Below, piece by piece: positions 37,311 to 47,391 of a stretch of 64,000 nt of DNA. The notes beneath the pieces were generated by a model. That model did no database searches. It was given only the letters and a program-made list of their open reading frames with translations, and had not been told where the DNA came from. Location of the stretch: NCBI GenBank assembly GCA_964556325.1, contig CAZKVS010000001.1, positions 67,133 through 131,132 of the forward strand, read 5' to 3'. The translations under genes were made by a program, and so were the position numbers. Every line of letters begins with the position of its first letter. The stretch's first letter is position 1. The DNA comes from an uncultured Candidatus Saccharibacteria bacterium. Its GTDB lineage: Bacteria > Patescibacteriota > Doudnabacteria > UBA920.

Positions 37311-37411
37311 CCCAAAATCGCCAAATAGGCGGTTTTTTATTTATTAGAATAAATAATGTTCTTATGATACAATTATATTAAATTTGATCCTTTTCCGGTT
37401 GTAATAAGTTT

Positions 37412-37780
37412 ATGTTCCATGTTTTAATTGCCGAGGATGAAAAGCCGATGGCCCATGCCCTTGTGTTAAAGTTGGCTAAGGCCGGTTTCCATTCCACTGT
37501 AGCGGAAAATGGTCAGATAGCCTTAAATTTGCTGCGCGACGGCCGTTATGACTTATTGCTTTTAGACATAATTATGCCACTCGTGAATGGCTTTTCTGTT
37601 CTGGAACAGTTGAAAAAAGATGGTGAGCATGCCATGCCCATTATCATGACTACCAATTTGGGACAGGAAGAAGACCGAAAAAGAGCCATGGATTTGGGTG
37701 CTGTTGACTACGTTATTAAGTCAGACACGCCAATAGCTCAAATAGTAGAAAAGATTCAGGTTATTTTAAACCCAAAGTAA
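37412..37780 (+). CDS. Stand-alone response regulator receiver
   Basis: AEDE, LLDIIMPLVNG, TN, IKSD. Confidence 0.88.
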   Translation: MFHVLIAEDEKPMAHALVLKLAKAGFHSTVAENGQIALNLLRDGRYDLLLLDIIMPLVNGFSVLEQLKKDGEHAMPIIMTTNLGQEEDRKRAMDLGAVDYVIKSDTPIAQIVEKIQVILNPK

Positions 37781-37820
37781 ACAGTATGAGTCGGTTGTGG
37801 GTGGATTGGGTTAGTTTCTT

Positions 37821-38303
37821 ATGCATATGGATGTAGCAAATTATGTAAACGATAAAAAGCATACCCCTGGGTACCGTTGTAATAAGTGTGGCAAACTCTT
37901 GACTGAAGGTGAAGAGCACAAGGTTGAAATACGGTGTAATCGTTGTGGGACACTCAATAAAATATTGGAGAAAATGACCGAGCAAGTAATTGTTACCGAT
38001 GTAAGAGGTACTATACTATTTGTAAACGGAGAAGTTGAACGAATAACCGGTTATAGTGCGGAAGAAGCTATAGGCAAAACGCCTTCTTTGTGGGGCGGGC
38101 AAATGCCGCCGGAATTTTATAAGACTATGTGGTCTACGCTGGTAGACGAGAAACAAGGAGTTTCCGTAAAAGTTACCAATCGGCATAAGTCAGGGTATTT
38201 GTACGACGCGCTTCTCAGAGTTTCTCCGGTGTTGGATAGTCAGGGAAAAATAGAGTTATTTGTTGGTTTTGAGTCTTTGGTTGCCAAGCATCCGCCCCAA
38301 TAA
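37821..38303 (+). CDS. Com-like zinc ribbon fused to a PAS domain
   Basis: RCNKCGKLL...VEIRCNRCGTLN followed by VTDVRGTILFVN..ITGYSAEEAIG..TNRHKSG. Confidence 0.75.
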   Translation: MHMDVANYVNDKKHTPGYRCNKCGKLLTEGEEHKVEIRCNRCGTLNKILEKMTEQVIVTDVRGTILFVNGEVERITGYSAEEAIGKTPSLWGGQMPPEFYKTMWSTLVDEKQGVSVKVTNRHKSGYLYDALLRVSPVLDSQGKIELFVGFESLVAKHPPQ

Positions 38304-38380
38304 CTGCTCAAAAATATATATGTCGTAGCTCTTGTAGCTCACTTTTTACTAGGTGAGTTTTTATTTTTTTAGAAAACAAA

Positions 38381-40024
38381 ATGGACGAAATAAAAATACG
38401 AGAAATATTGCTAAAAGAAGACTATGTTTCCGCAGCCGATTTAAAAACTGCCGAGGAGTATGCTAAAAGTCATAAGACCACTTTACTCGATGGTCTTCTG
38501 TCTTTGCAGTTAATTACCAAAGATTTACTGCACCAAGCAATTGCCGAGTTTTTGGGCATGGCTTTTATAGACTTGACTGCAAAGCCGCCGGATAAAAAAG
38601 ATATACTCAGTATTCCGAAAGCTTTGGCGGAAAAAGAAAAAATAATTTTGTACAAGCAAACTTCCAAAGAGGCTACCATCGTTTCTGGTGGGGTTGTGTC
38701 TCCCGAAGCCTTGGCAGAACTGCAGAACCTTTTTGTAAATAAAAAAATAAGTGTTGTCTACGCTGATCCAGAAGCAATTGCACTCGCGATGATGCAGTAT
38801 CGGCCGGCACTTGAAACTCGATTTGGCGAAATTATCAAAGCCGGTGGAAAGGTTGCTCCGGAAATAATCGATCAAATTCTAGACGACGCACTTGCTTTGC
38901 GTGCGTCCGATATCCACTGCGAGCCGCAAGGTGCTGACGTACTTATTCGTTTTAGGATTGACGGAGTATTGCATGAAGCTGGACGAGTACCGAAAGAACA
39001 TTACGAAAACATTGTGAACCGGATTAAGGTGCAGGCCAAGCTGAGAATTGATGAACACTTGGCGAGTCAAGACGGTGCTATCCATTTTAGTGGCACACAT
39101 CATCAGGCAGACCTGCGGGTTTCAATTGTACCCACACTAGACGGTGAAAAAGTGGTTATTCGGGTTTTGGCAGAGTATGTTCGAGACTTTTCTCTCACAG
39201 ATATAGGGTTATCGGCGGAGGATCAACAAACGGTTGTGGAGGCCGCTCATAAACCGTTTGGTATGGTATTGGTGACTGGTCCTACTGGCAGCGGAAAGAC
39301 TACTACGTTATATTCCTTAGTCAAACTGTTAAACGACACGCAAGTTAACATAACCACTATTGAAGACCCGGTTGAGTATAAAATTACCGGCATAAACCAA
39401 ATTCAGGTAAATACTGTAAGCAATTTAACTTTTGCCAAAGGTCTGAGGGCAATAGCCAGGCAAGACCCCAATATTATTTTGGTGGGTGAAATCCGAGATT
39501 TAGAAACGGCGGATATAGCGGTCAACGCAGCGTTAACTGGTCACTTATTACTTTCCACTTTTCACGCCAACGACTCTGCTGCTGTAATGCCAAGGCTTTT
39601 AAACATGGGCATTGAGCCATTTTTACTTTCATCGACTCTGGAATTGATAGTGGCCCAGCGCTTGGTAAGGAAGATATGTGAAAGTTGTCGGTTCACTCAG
39701 AGCGTTACTCTGGACGACATTATAAAGTTGCTGCCACGTGCGAAAGAATATTTTTCAGAAAGTTCCGTAACGCTCTATAACGGTAAAGGGTGTGGTGCGT
39801 GCTCTCAGACTGGCTATAAAGGTCGTTTGGGTTTGTTCGAGTTTTTAAAAGTCACGCCAGAAATGTCCGACTTAATTTTGGCTAACCCTTCGAGTAAACA
39901 AATTTGGCAATTAGCAAAATCCCAAGGCTGTCGAAGTTTGTTTGAAGATGGTATACAAAAAGTTAAAGCGGGACACACGACGTTGGAAGAGTTATTGAGA
40001 GTGGTAAAACCTAAAGATTTATAA
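38381..40024 (+). CDS. Type II secretion / type IV pilus assembly ATPase (GspE/PilB)
   Basis: GPTGSGKTTT, TIEDPVE, RQDPNIILVGEIRD, TGHLLLSTFHAN, Cys4 Zn motif. Confidence 0.92.
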   Translation: MDEIKIREILLKEDYVSAADLKTAEEYAKSHKTTLLDGLLSLQLITKDLLHQAIAEFLGMAFIDLTAKPPDKKDILSIPKALAEKEKIILYKQTSKEATIVSGGVVSPEALAELQNLFVNKKISVVYADPEAIALAMMQYRPALETRFGEIIKAGGKVAPEIIDQILDDALALRASDIHCEPQGADVLIRFRIDGVLHEAGRVPKEHYENIVNRIKVQAKLRIDEHLASQDGAIHFSGTHHQADLRVSIVPTLDGEKVVIRVLAEYVRDFSLTDIGLSAEDQQTVVEAAHKPFGMVLVTGPTGSGKTTTLYSLVKLLNDTQVNITTIEDPVEYKITGINQIQVNTVSNLTFAKGLRAIARQDPNIILVGEIRDLETADIAVNAALTGHLLLSTFHANDSAAVMPRLLNMGIEPFLLSSTLELIVAQRLVRKICESCRFTQSVTLDDIIKLLPRAKEYFSESSVTLYNGKGCGACSQTGYKGRLGLFEFLKVTPEMSDLILANPSSKQIWQLAKSQGCRSLFEDGIQKVKAGHTTLEELLRVVKPKDL

Positions 40025-40025
40025 C

Positions 40026-41162
40026 ATGCCTCAGGTAAAAATTCGTAAACGTCAGATTGAAGAAGACTATGAAGCACAACCGCCTTTTGCGTTTCATTCG
40101 GGCTGGCCGTACTTTACTGTTGGCTTTGGTGACGAGATAGACTACTTTGTGGAGAATTTGAGCATTATGATAGCTTCGGGTATGGGTGTAACCGCGGCTT
40201 TGGCTGGCATTAAAGTCGGTACTAAAAACCGGAGTTTAAAAAAGAACATAGCAGTCATAGAACAAATGATTGCCGATGGTTTTCCGCTTTGGAAAGCCTT
40301 TGAGCGCACTCAATTTTTACCCTCTCGAATAATTGCCTTAGTAAAATCGGGTGAAGAATCGGGTCGTTTACCTGAGCACCTCAATTTAGTTACTATCCAA
40401 CAGCATAAAGAACGAATTTTTGTTTCCCGTATACGCTCCGCATTGCTGTATCCGGGTATTGTGCTCGCGTTGGCCTTTGTGGTTGCGGTGGGCAGCGCGT
40501 GGGTCACGCTCCCACGGCTAATTACAGTTTTTAATGAAATTCACACGAGTTTGCCACCCACCACTAGAATGATTATTTGGTTGGGGAATTTTTTGGCCCA
40601 CTACGGCAGTTTCGCAGTTCCCCTCACTCTGTTCGGGGCTGGAGTACTCGTATATGCAATATTTTTTTATACTAAAACTAAAATTGTAGGGGAGTATATT
40701 ATATTATTTTTACCGGGAATAAATAAGCTCATCCAAGGTGTAGAGTTGGCGCGCTTTGGCTATATATTTGGCGCCTTGCTTTCTGCGGGTATTCACATAG
40801 AGGAAGCCATGAGTTCCGTTCGTGAGGGGACTAGCTTTGTATCGTATAGAAAATTCTACGTATTTTTGCAAGACGGCATAAGCCAAGGCAATTCATTTAG
40901 TACCATCTTTGCCGGATATGCACACTCAGATCGCTATATTCCGGCGCCTATGCAAAAACTTATTATTGCTGCTGAGCAAAGTGGTAAATTGCCGGAGACC
41001 TTACTAAAAATTGGCCAAATTTTTGAAGAAAAAACTGAAACCATGAGTCAGGATTTATCTACTATTTTAGAGCCAATAGTTTTAATTGTTGTAGGAATTT
41101 TTGTAGGCTTTATTGTATTAGGTTTAATTAGCCCAATATATGGACTTTCAAGCCAGATATAA
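40026..41162 (+). CDS. GspF/PilC inner-membrane platform protein
   Basis: GEESGRL, ALLYP, AEQSGKL, ILEP. Confidence 0.9.
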   Translation: MPQVKIRKRQIEEDYEAQPPFAFHSGWPYFTVGFGDEIDYFVENLSIMIASGMGVTAALAGIKVGTKNRSLKKNIAVIEQMIADGFPLWKAFERTQFLPSRIIALVKSGEESGRLPEHLNLVTIQQHKERIFVSRIRSALLYPGIVLALAFVVAVGSAWVTLPRLITVFNEIHTSLPPTTRMIIWLGNFLAHYGSFAVPLTLFGAGVLVYAIFFYTKTKIVGEYIILFLPGINKLIQGVELARFGYIFGALLSAGIHIEEAMSSVREGTSFVSYRKFYVFLQDGISQGNSFSTIFAGYAHSDRYIPAPMQKLIIAAEQSGKLPETLLKIGQIFEEKTETMSQDLSTILEPIVLIVVGIFVGFIVLGLISPIYGLSSQI

Positions 41163-41589
41163 CACGCAGGGTTTTAGTCTTATCGAAGTTATGGTTGTGG
41201 TCGGGCTTTTAGCGTTGTTCGCTGGAGCTGTTGGGCCCGTGTACCGAACAGTACAAACCAAGACAAATTTAGATATTGCTGTTGCGGGGGTAGCTTCAGC
41301 GTACAGGCGGGCACAGGCAGCGTCTCAGTCGGGCAACGCTGATGCTAATTGGGGAGTAAAATTTTTTACGACTCATACTGTTGTATTTGCGGGGAACAGT
41401 TATGCAGTAAGGCAAGCTTCCTATGACGAAAAACTAGATTTCCCGGATGACACAACTGTTTCTGGAAATACTGAAGTTGTGTTTACTAAATTTACCGGAT
41501 TACCACAAGCTACTGGAACTACAACAGTAACGAACTCTTTTGGCAGTAAAAACCTCATTGTAAATGCACAAGGAACTGTTACGTACTAA
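41140..41589 (+). CDS. Type IV pilin-like protein (FimT/GspH-like)
   Basis: Prepilin cleavage motif GFSLIEVMVV. Confidence 0.85.
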   Translation: MDFQARYNTQGFSLIEVMVVVGLLALFAGAVGPVYRTVQTKTNLDIAVAGVASAYRRAQAASQSGNADANWGVKFFTTHTVVFAGNSYAVRQASYDEKLDFPDDTTVSGNTEVVFTKFTGLPQATGTTTVTNSFGSKNLIVNAQGTVTY

Positions 41590-43747
41590 AAAAGAAACTG
41601 GTTTTTCTGTGGCCGAGGTGGTTATTGCCGCGGCCGTGTTGACTATTTTCATTACGGGGATTACTTCTGCTTTGGTTGCTCTGGGCAGAAATATTAACTC
41701 CTCTGGCCACAAAGCACAAGCAGTGTTGTTGGCTGAAGAAGCCTTGGAAGGCTCGCGTAACATTCGCGACGCGGCTTTTTCTAATCTTATTGACGGAACA
41801 TATGGTATGGCCACGGCTAGTAACCAGTGGAACTTTTCCGGCAGCTCAGATGTAAACGGCATTTATACAAGGCAAACAACTGTTTCTACAGTCAGCGCCA
41901 ACCAAAAACAAATATCATCCACCGTTTCTTGGCGACACGGTGCAGCGTTAAACCGCAGTGTTACTGTATCAACGTACCTAACTAACTGGCTTACGAGCCT
42001 GGCAAGGGGAGGATTATTAGCCTATGGTAATGGCGGCACAACGCTCGACAGTATTTTTTATCGTGTACTAAATAACACCGGTAATTGGTCAGCTGCAGCC
42101 CAAGCAGCAGATATAGATGCTGGTACGAGTAATCGGGCTTTGCGTGCTGTGAGGGTTTACGCGTCGGCTACTCGAAATGAAAAAGTCTTAATTTCCCGAC
42201 ATTACAACGGGACTACTCAATACGTGTACGCGCAAGTGTATAACGGCTCCAGTTGGGGTAATGTGCAATTGCTTTCAAGCTGGACAGCCGGAACTTTTCT
42301 AGATGTGCAAAATTTTGACGGCACATATTTAGCAAATGGCAGTTTCATGGTAATTTTTTCTGATAATACAATTATTCCTAAAATGAGAACCTGGAATGGG
42401 TCTGTGTGGTCTGCTCAAAGCTCTCTCACTACCTTAGGCGCCGGCGCTATACCAAACTATGTAGTGGCTAAAGCTCGTTCGGGTAGCAATGAAGTAATGG
42501 CGGCATTTTTTACACAAAATTCTAGAACAATTAGTGAATATTATAACGGTAGCGCCTGGTCGGCAATTACATCACATGCGGCAGCTGCGCCGGTTAATAC
42601 AACTAGGTTTGTAGATTTTGCCTGGAGTCCAAACAATGCTTTAAAAGGCGGTTTGGTATATTCCACCGGAGCTGCCGACAGGGCTTTGCATATAAAAATT
42701 TGGACAGCGAATGGTTTGGGTAGTGGGAGTTGGAGTGCTGTAGCCAATACTGCGAATCAAGGAGTTGGGTCAACGAGGCTGGGGGCAGTGTCTATTGTGG
42801 GTCGGCCGGGAGCAGATGAATTTATTGCCTGTAACAAAAATACCAGCCTGCAAATTATCTGCTACAAAAGTACTTTTACCCCTACGTGGACTAACCCAAC
42901 TAACCAAAGCCTAACCGCGACCACCAATGCAGGAATACAGCGTCCATTTCATATGGGTTTTGAATCGGTGTCCGGTGACCCCGCTATTGGCGTTTATTCC
43001 GACGCGACTGCTACGCCAAAACTAAAAAAGTATACAGCTTCAAGCTCCACGTGGGACGCTTCCGCTACCAGCTTAAATACTTTATTAGCTTCTTTAGCTT
43101 CGGTAAAAGTAATACCCGCTCCAACCACCAATGATATTTTGGTGTTGCTTGGAGACACAAATGCAGATCTCTATTCCACTATTTGGGATGGAACCAATAA
43201 TGTAATATATTCGCCACCCTTGGGAAATACTTCCATAGAAAGTAACTTGGATTCCAATACAGTTGGGAGAGCTGAAAGCTTTTTTGCTACTGCTACTGCC
43301 AGTGGCACTATAAATAGTATCAGTGTGTTCCTTGAATCAACTTCTACATCAACAAATTTAGTAGCTGGATTATATACAAACTCTGGGGGGAGCCCAGGAA
43401 CCCTGCTCTCACAAGGGAGTAGCTCTACTTTGATAAATGGAGCATGGAACACTATTGCTATTCCTTCAGTTACTCTAACTTCCGGTACAAGTTATTGGAT
43501 ATCTATTTTAGGCACGGCTGGCGGAGTTCCTAGATTTAGGGACAGAAGCGGGGGCCCTTGTAATAGTGAAACAAGTGCCTCTACAACGTTAACTTCATTG
43601 CCGGCATCCTGGACCACTGGCACTGTATTTACGACTTGTCCTTTGTCAGCTTATGTCAGTGGGAATGGTAATTCTTTTACACCTCACGGTATCAGTGGCT
43701 CCGCTACTACTGATTATTGGTACGATTTTGCTTGGGACGTATTTTAG
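41564..43747 (+). CDS. Large pilin-like protein with a beta-rich adhesin region
   Basis: GFSVAEVVIA prepilin motif; repeated (W/Y)NGSxW motifs; Ser/Thr-rich C-terminal domain. Confidence 0.75.
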   Translation: MHKELLRTKKETGFSVAEVVIAAAVLTIFITGITSALVALGRNINSSGHKAQAVLLAEEALEGSRNIRDAAFSNLIDGTYGMATASNQWNFSGSSDVNGIYTRQTTVSTVSANQKQISSTVSWRHGAALNRSVTVSTYLTNWLTSLARGGLLAYGNGGTTLDSIFYRVLNNTGNWSAAAQAADIDAGTSNRALRAVRVYASATRNEKVLISRHYNGTTQYVYAQVYNGSSWGNVQLLSSWTAGTFLDVQNFDGTYLANGSFMVIFSDNTIIPKMRTWNGSVWSAQSSLTTLGAGAIPNYVVAKARSGSNEVMAAFFTQNSRTISEYYNGSAWSAITSHAAAAPVNTTRFVDFAWSPNNALKGGLVYSTGAADRALHIKIWTANGLGSGSWSAVANTANQGVGSTRLGAVSIVGRPGADEFIACNKNTSLQIICYKSTFTPTWTNPTNQSLTATTNAGIQRPFHMGFESVSGDPAIGVYSDATATPKLKKYTASSSTWDASATSLNTLLASLASVKVIPAPTTNDILVLLGDTNADLYSTIWDGTNNVIYSPPLGNTSIESNLDSNTVGRAESFFATATASGTINSISVFLESTSTSTNLVAGLYTNSGGSPGTLLSQGSSSTLINGAWNTIAIPSVTLTSGTSYWISILGTAGGVPRFRDRSGGPCNSETSASTTLTSLPASWTTGTVFTTCPLSAYVSGNGNSFTPHGISGSATTDYWYDFAWDVF

Positions 43748-43759
43748 AAATGGAAAAAT

Positions 43760-44287
43760 ATGAATCCTAAATTAGGAATACATCGCACACATACGCAGGT
43801 TGGTTTTACCCTTATAGAAATGCTGGTCTATACCGCACTGTTTGCGTTAATGGTTTCGGCGTTGGTGGCGTTTATGAGTACGTTGTCTCAAAGTCGGATA
43901 CGTAACCAGGCCGTGCTGGAGGTGAATGACCAGGCTGCGCAGGTTATGCGGGTTATTACTCAAAATGTACGCAATGCCACGTCTGTAAGTTCCCCCAGCA
44001 TTGGCACTTCGGGGAGCTCGCTTTCTGTTAATACAGTTTTACCCGCTACTACTCCTACCACGTTTACGGTGTCGGGCGGTACTTTATACATTACCCAGGG
44101 TTCAGGTGGGGCTGTGGCGCTGACTAACAACAGAGTAGCCGTAAGTAATGTATTATTTTCCAATTTGTCGAGGGCTTCAACGTTCGGTACGGTGAGAGTG
44201 AGCTTTACTCTACGGAGCGTCTCTTCTGCAACTCAGGCGCAATATAACTATTCAGCAAATTTTTATGGTACGGGTACTCTACGATAA
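43760..44287 (+). CDS. Minor pilin (PilW/GspJ-like)
   Basis: GFTLIEMLVY. Confidence 0.85.
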   Translation: MNPKLGIHRTHTQVGFTLIEMLVYTALFALMVSALVAFMSTLSQSRIRNQAVLEVNDQAAQVMRVITQNVRNATSVSSPSIGTSGSSLSVNTVLPATTPTTFTVSGGTLYITQGSGGAVALTNNRVAVSNVLFSNLSRASTFGTVRVSFTLRSVSSATQAQYNYSANFYGTGTLR

Positions 44288-44669
44288 AAGTTATACAGGA
44301 TTTGTAACGCTCTATAGCGTGATAATTTTGGGCTCGATTGGTTTAGTCCTGGTTGCAGCATTGGCCGCTACAAGCATATGGGTTATTCGTACGAGTGGTG
44401 ATGACAAAAATTCTGCTCAGGCACGCAAGGCTGCGGATAGTTGTGTGGAACTAGCCTTGCAAGCTATGCACGATAGCAATAGCTTTACTGGCAGTGGCAA
44501 TGCTTCCGTTGGTGGCGCAACGTGTACTTATGTAGTGACCAACACCGGTGGGAATAACCGCACTGTGGGTGCTACAGGCACAGTTGGTGCCCTGGTACGT
44601 AGAGTTTCTGTTACAACTACTGCCTTTACTCCTTCCCTTACTGTTTCTAGCTGGCAAGAAGTGCCTTAG
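44265..44669 (+). CDS. Minor pilin (PilX/GspK-like, no Glu5)
   Basis: GFVTLYSVIILG; A..AADSC.E.AL; C-terminal WQEV. Confidence 0.75.
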   Translation: MVRVLYDKSYTGFVTLYSVIILGSIGLVLVAALAATSIWVIRTSGDDKNSAQARKAADSCVELALQAMHDSNSFTGSGNASVGGATCTYVVTNTGGNNRTVGATGTVGALVRRVSVTTTAFTPSLTVSSWQEVP

Positions 44670-44699
44670 GTATTAAATTATTTTCTAGCGTTCAAAAAT

Positions 44700-46958
44700 A
44701 TGAAACAATTCCCTAAAAAAATATTTACCACCACCGTCCGAGAATCGGAACTAGTTGCCCAAGGTGTTAAGAAGCTCACTCTGCAACCAGCTGAGGATTT
44801 CTCCTTTACTCCCGGGCAATATGTGTGGGTGGAAATTCCTACACTTAAAATTGGTGATCCTGCGGGTAACAGAAAAGCATTTTCTATTTGCAGTCTTCCA
44901 AACTCTCAAAACACTTTTTCGGTTGTAGCCAGAGAAAGTGCAAGCGGTTTTAAAAAAGCGTGGTTTGCGCTGAGCCCCGGGGATACGGTAATAACTCATG
45001 GTCCATTTGGTTCAAGCTTTGGTATACATGAGCACTTTCCAAAGAATATAGTTATGATTGCCGGAGGGGTGGGCGTCGCGCCTTTCTTGCCAGTCATTGA
45101 GCTAATACAAAAACGGGCCTTACCCATACGGTGTATTCTTATCTATCTTGACAAAACAGAAGAATCTACCCCGTTTCTCTCTGAACTTGAGCAGCTACAA
45201 AATACAAACAGTTTTTTTGAATATCGTGCAGTGTATGACTATTTTTCATGGGGGTATATAAAAACTAAGTACGAAAATCTAACAGGCGCTACTGAGTGGT
45301 GGGTGTCTGGTTCACAGAAGATGGTTGAGTATGTGTATGCCGAGTTGTCAAAAGGTGGGGTGGCGCGGGAACACATGGTTTTTGAAAATTATTACCCAAG
45401 TTCAAAAGACAACTTAAACATAGAGCAGGTGAGAGAGCAAATGCAGAAAGAGGGTTTACTTACCCAGGCCATACAAAACTCCACTAACCATACAATAATT
45501 ACCGACTCCAACGGTATTGTGTTGTTTGCAAACAAAGCTGCTGAAAAAATAACTGGTTATTCGCAGGCCGAAATTTTGGGGAATACCCCCCGGTTGTGGG
45601 GCGGTATGATGGATCCGGCTTTTTATAAAGATTTTTGGCAGAAAAAGAGGTCCGGCCAGTCGTTTGAAGGTGAGATGACTAATCGTCGAAAAAACGGCGA
45701 GCTGTATCATACCATAGCCCACATTGCGCCAATTTTCGGAACAAGCAAAGAGATTATTGGTTTTATTGGCACCGAAGAAGATGTCACCAGTCTAAAGAAA
45801 CAGGAAGAAAAAATACTTCAGGATAAATTAAAAGATGAAGCTATTTTAAGTAGCATTGGAGAAAGCGTTATAGCAACCGACAATACGGGTAAGGTTGTGT
45901 TTGCAAACCAAACTGCTCTAGACTTGTTTGAGCAGCCTGAAGAAATAGTATTTAATAAAAAAATTTGGGACATTCTTATTTTAGTCGATGCTAAGGGAGG
46001 GTTAATTACAGAAGCGAGTCGTCCTATGAAGTTGGCATTAACTACAGGAAAGAAGATTATAACTTCTGAGTATTGTTTTTACAACGAAAACAACAAAAAG
46101 AAAATTGTAGTGGCTATTACTGCGACTCCTGTAATTTTAGATGGCTCTATTATTGGAGCAATAGAAATTATCCGCGATATTACAAAAGAAAAAGAAATAG
46201 ATCAAGCCAAAACTGAATTTGTCTCTCTAGCTAGTCACCAACTGCGTACGCCGCTTTCGGCAATAAATTGGTATACAGAAATGCTCCTTGCCGGAGACGC
46301 AGGAAAACTAAATGATGAGCAGGAGAAATATCTTAAAGAGGTGTACACAGGTAATCAACGCATGGTGGAATTGGTTAACGCACTGCTAAATGTGTCTCGC
46401 TTAGATTTGGGAACCTTTGTCATTGAACCAAAGCCGACTGATGTTTTAGCGTTGGCAAAAAGCGTACTTGGCGAATTGCAGCCGCTCATTACGCAAAAGC
46501 AATTAACTGTTACAGAACATTTTAGTCAAGGCATTCCCCAGTTCAATGCAGATGAAAAATTACTTCGCATGGTGTTCCAAAACTTGTTGTCTAACTCTGT
46601 AAAATACACCTTACTTAAAGGTTCTGTAACGGCTGACGTTACCGTGGTATCTAAAGATGAAATGTTTGGTGGTAAAAAAGTTGCGGTGGACAGCTTGGCT
46701 ATTTGTGTATCCGATTCCGGTATGGGCATTCCCACTGCGCAGCACGCTAAAATTTTCTCAAAGTTATTTCGAGCCGACAATGCTATGGAAACAGAGGCTG
46801 AGGGCACGGGGCTAGGTTTGTATATTGTAAAATCAATCGTTGACCAGTCAGGTGGAAAGATTTGGTTTAAGTCGGAACAAGATAAAGGAACTGAATTTTA
46901 TGTATTATTTCCCATAACTGGTATGAAGTCAAAAGATGGTTTAAAGAAGCTTGAATAA
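44700..46958 (+). CDS. Cytoplasmic histidine kinase with N-terminal ferredoxin-NADP reductase-like FAD/NAD domains and two PAS domains
   Basis: FTPGQY, RKAFSICS, GPFGS, MIAGGVGVAPF, WVSGS, FENY; PAS x2; ASHQLRTPL, NLLSNSVKY, DSGMG, GTGLGL. Confidence 0.88.
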   Translation: MKQFPKKIFTTTVRESELVAQGVKKLTLQPAEDFSFTPGQYVWVEIPTLKIGDPAGNRKAFSICSLPNSQNTFSVVARESASGFKKAWFALSPGDTVITHGPFGSSFGIHEHFPKNIVMIAGGVGVAPFLPVIELIQKRALPIRCILIYLDKTEESTPFLSELEQLQNTNSFFEYRAVYDYFSWGYIKTKYENLTGATEWWVSGSQKMVEYVYAELSKGGVAREHMVFENYYPSSKDNLNIEQVREQMQKEGLLTQAIQNSTNHTIITDSNGIVLFANKAAEKITGYSQAEILGNTPRLWGGMMDPAFYKDFWQKKRSGQSFEGEMTNRRKNGELYHTIAHIAPIFGTSKEIIGFIGTEEDVTSLKKQEEKILQDKLKDEAILSSIGESVIATDNTGKVVFANQTALDLFEQPEEIVFNKKIWDILILVDAKGGLITEASRPMKLALTTGKKIITSEYCFYNENNKKKIVVAITATPVILDGSIIGAIEIIRDITKEKEIDQAKTEFVSLASHQLRTPLSAINWYTEMLLAGDAGKLNDEQEKYLKEVYTGNQRMVELVNALLNVSRLDLGTFVIEPKPTDVLALAKSVLGELQPLITQKQLTVTEHFSQGIPQFNADEKLLRMVFQNLLSNSVKYTLLKGSVTADVTVVSKDEMFGGKKVAVDSLAICVSDSGMGIPTAQHAKIFSKLFRADNAMETEAEGTGLGLYIVKSIVDQSGGKIWFKSEQDKGTEFYVLFPITGMKSKDGLKKLE

Positions 46959-47382
46959 ATTAATGAGTAAACATATGTCTATGTCAAACGAAGATAAGGT
47001 GGTATTAGTGCTCGAAGACGAGCGGCCTTTGCTAGAGGCTATAAAATTAAAACTAGAAAAAAATAGTTTTGAGGTGGTAACGGCTCGAACTGTGGAGCAG
47101 GCAAAACAGTACGTTGACGATTTAGTAAAGGTAGATGTTATTTGGCTGGATCATTACCTCCTTGGTAAGGAGAACGGGTTAGATTTTGTGGCTTGGTGCA
47201 AGGAAGAAAATAATGCTAAGTGCAAAAACATTCCTATATTTGTAGTTTCAAACACCGCCAGCGCAGATAAAGTTTCTACGTACATGCGTCTCGGTGCAAA
47301 AGAATATTTTGTGAAGTCAAACCATCGGCTAGATGAAATTGTAAAAGCAATTGCTGACTATTTAAACAAGGGGATTGAATAA
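46951..47382 (+). CDS. Stand-alone response regulator receiver (true start may be 46963-46981)
   Basis: LEDE, IWLDHYL, VSNT, FVKS. Confidence 0.85.
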   Translation: MNKLMSKHMSMSNEDKVVLVLEDERPLLEAIKLKLEKNSFEVVTARTVEQAKQYVDDLVKVDVIWLDHYLLGKENGLDFVAWCKEENNAKCKNIPIFVVSNTASADKVSTYMRLGAKEYFVKSNHRLDEIVKAIADYLNKGIE

Positions 47383-47391
47383 TAACTTATT

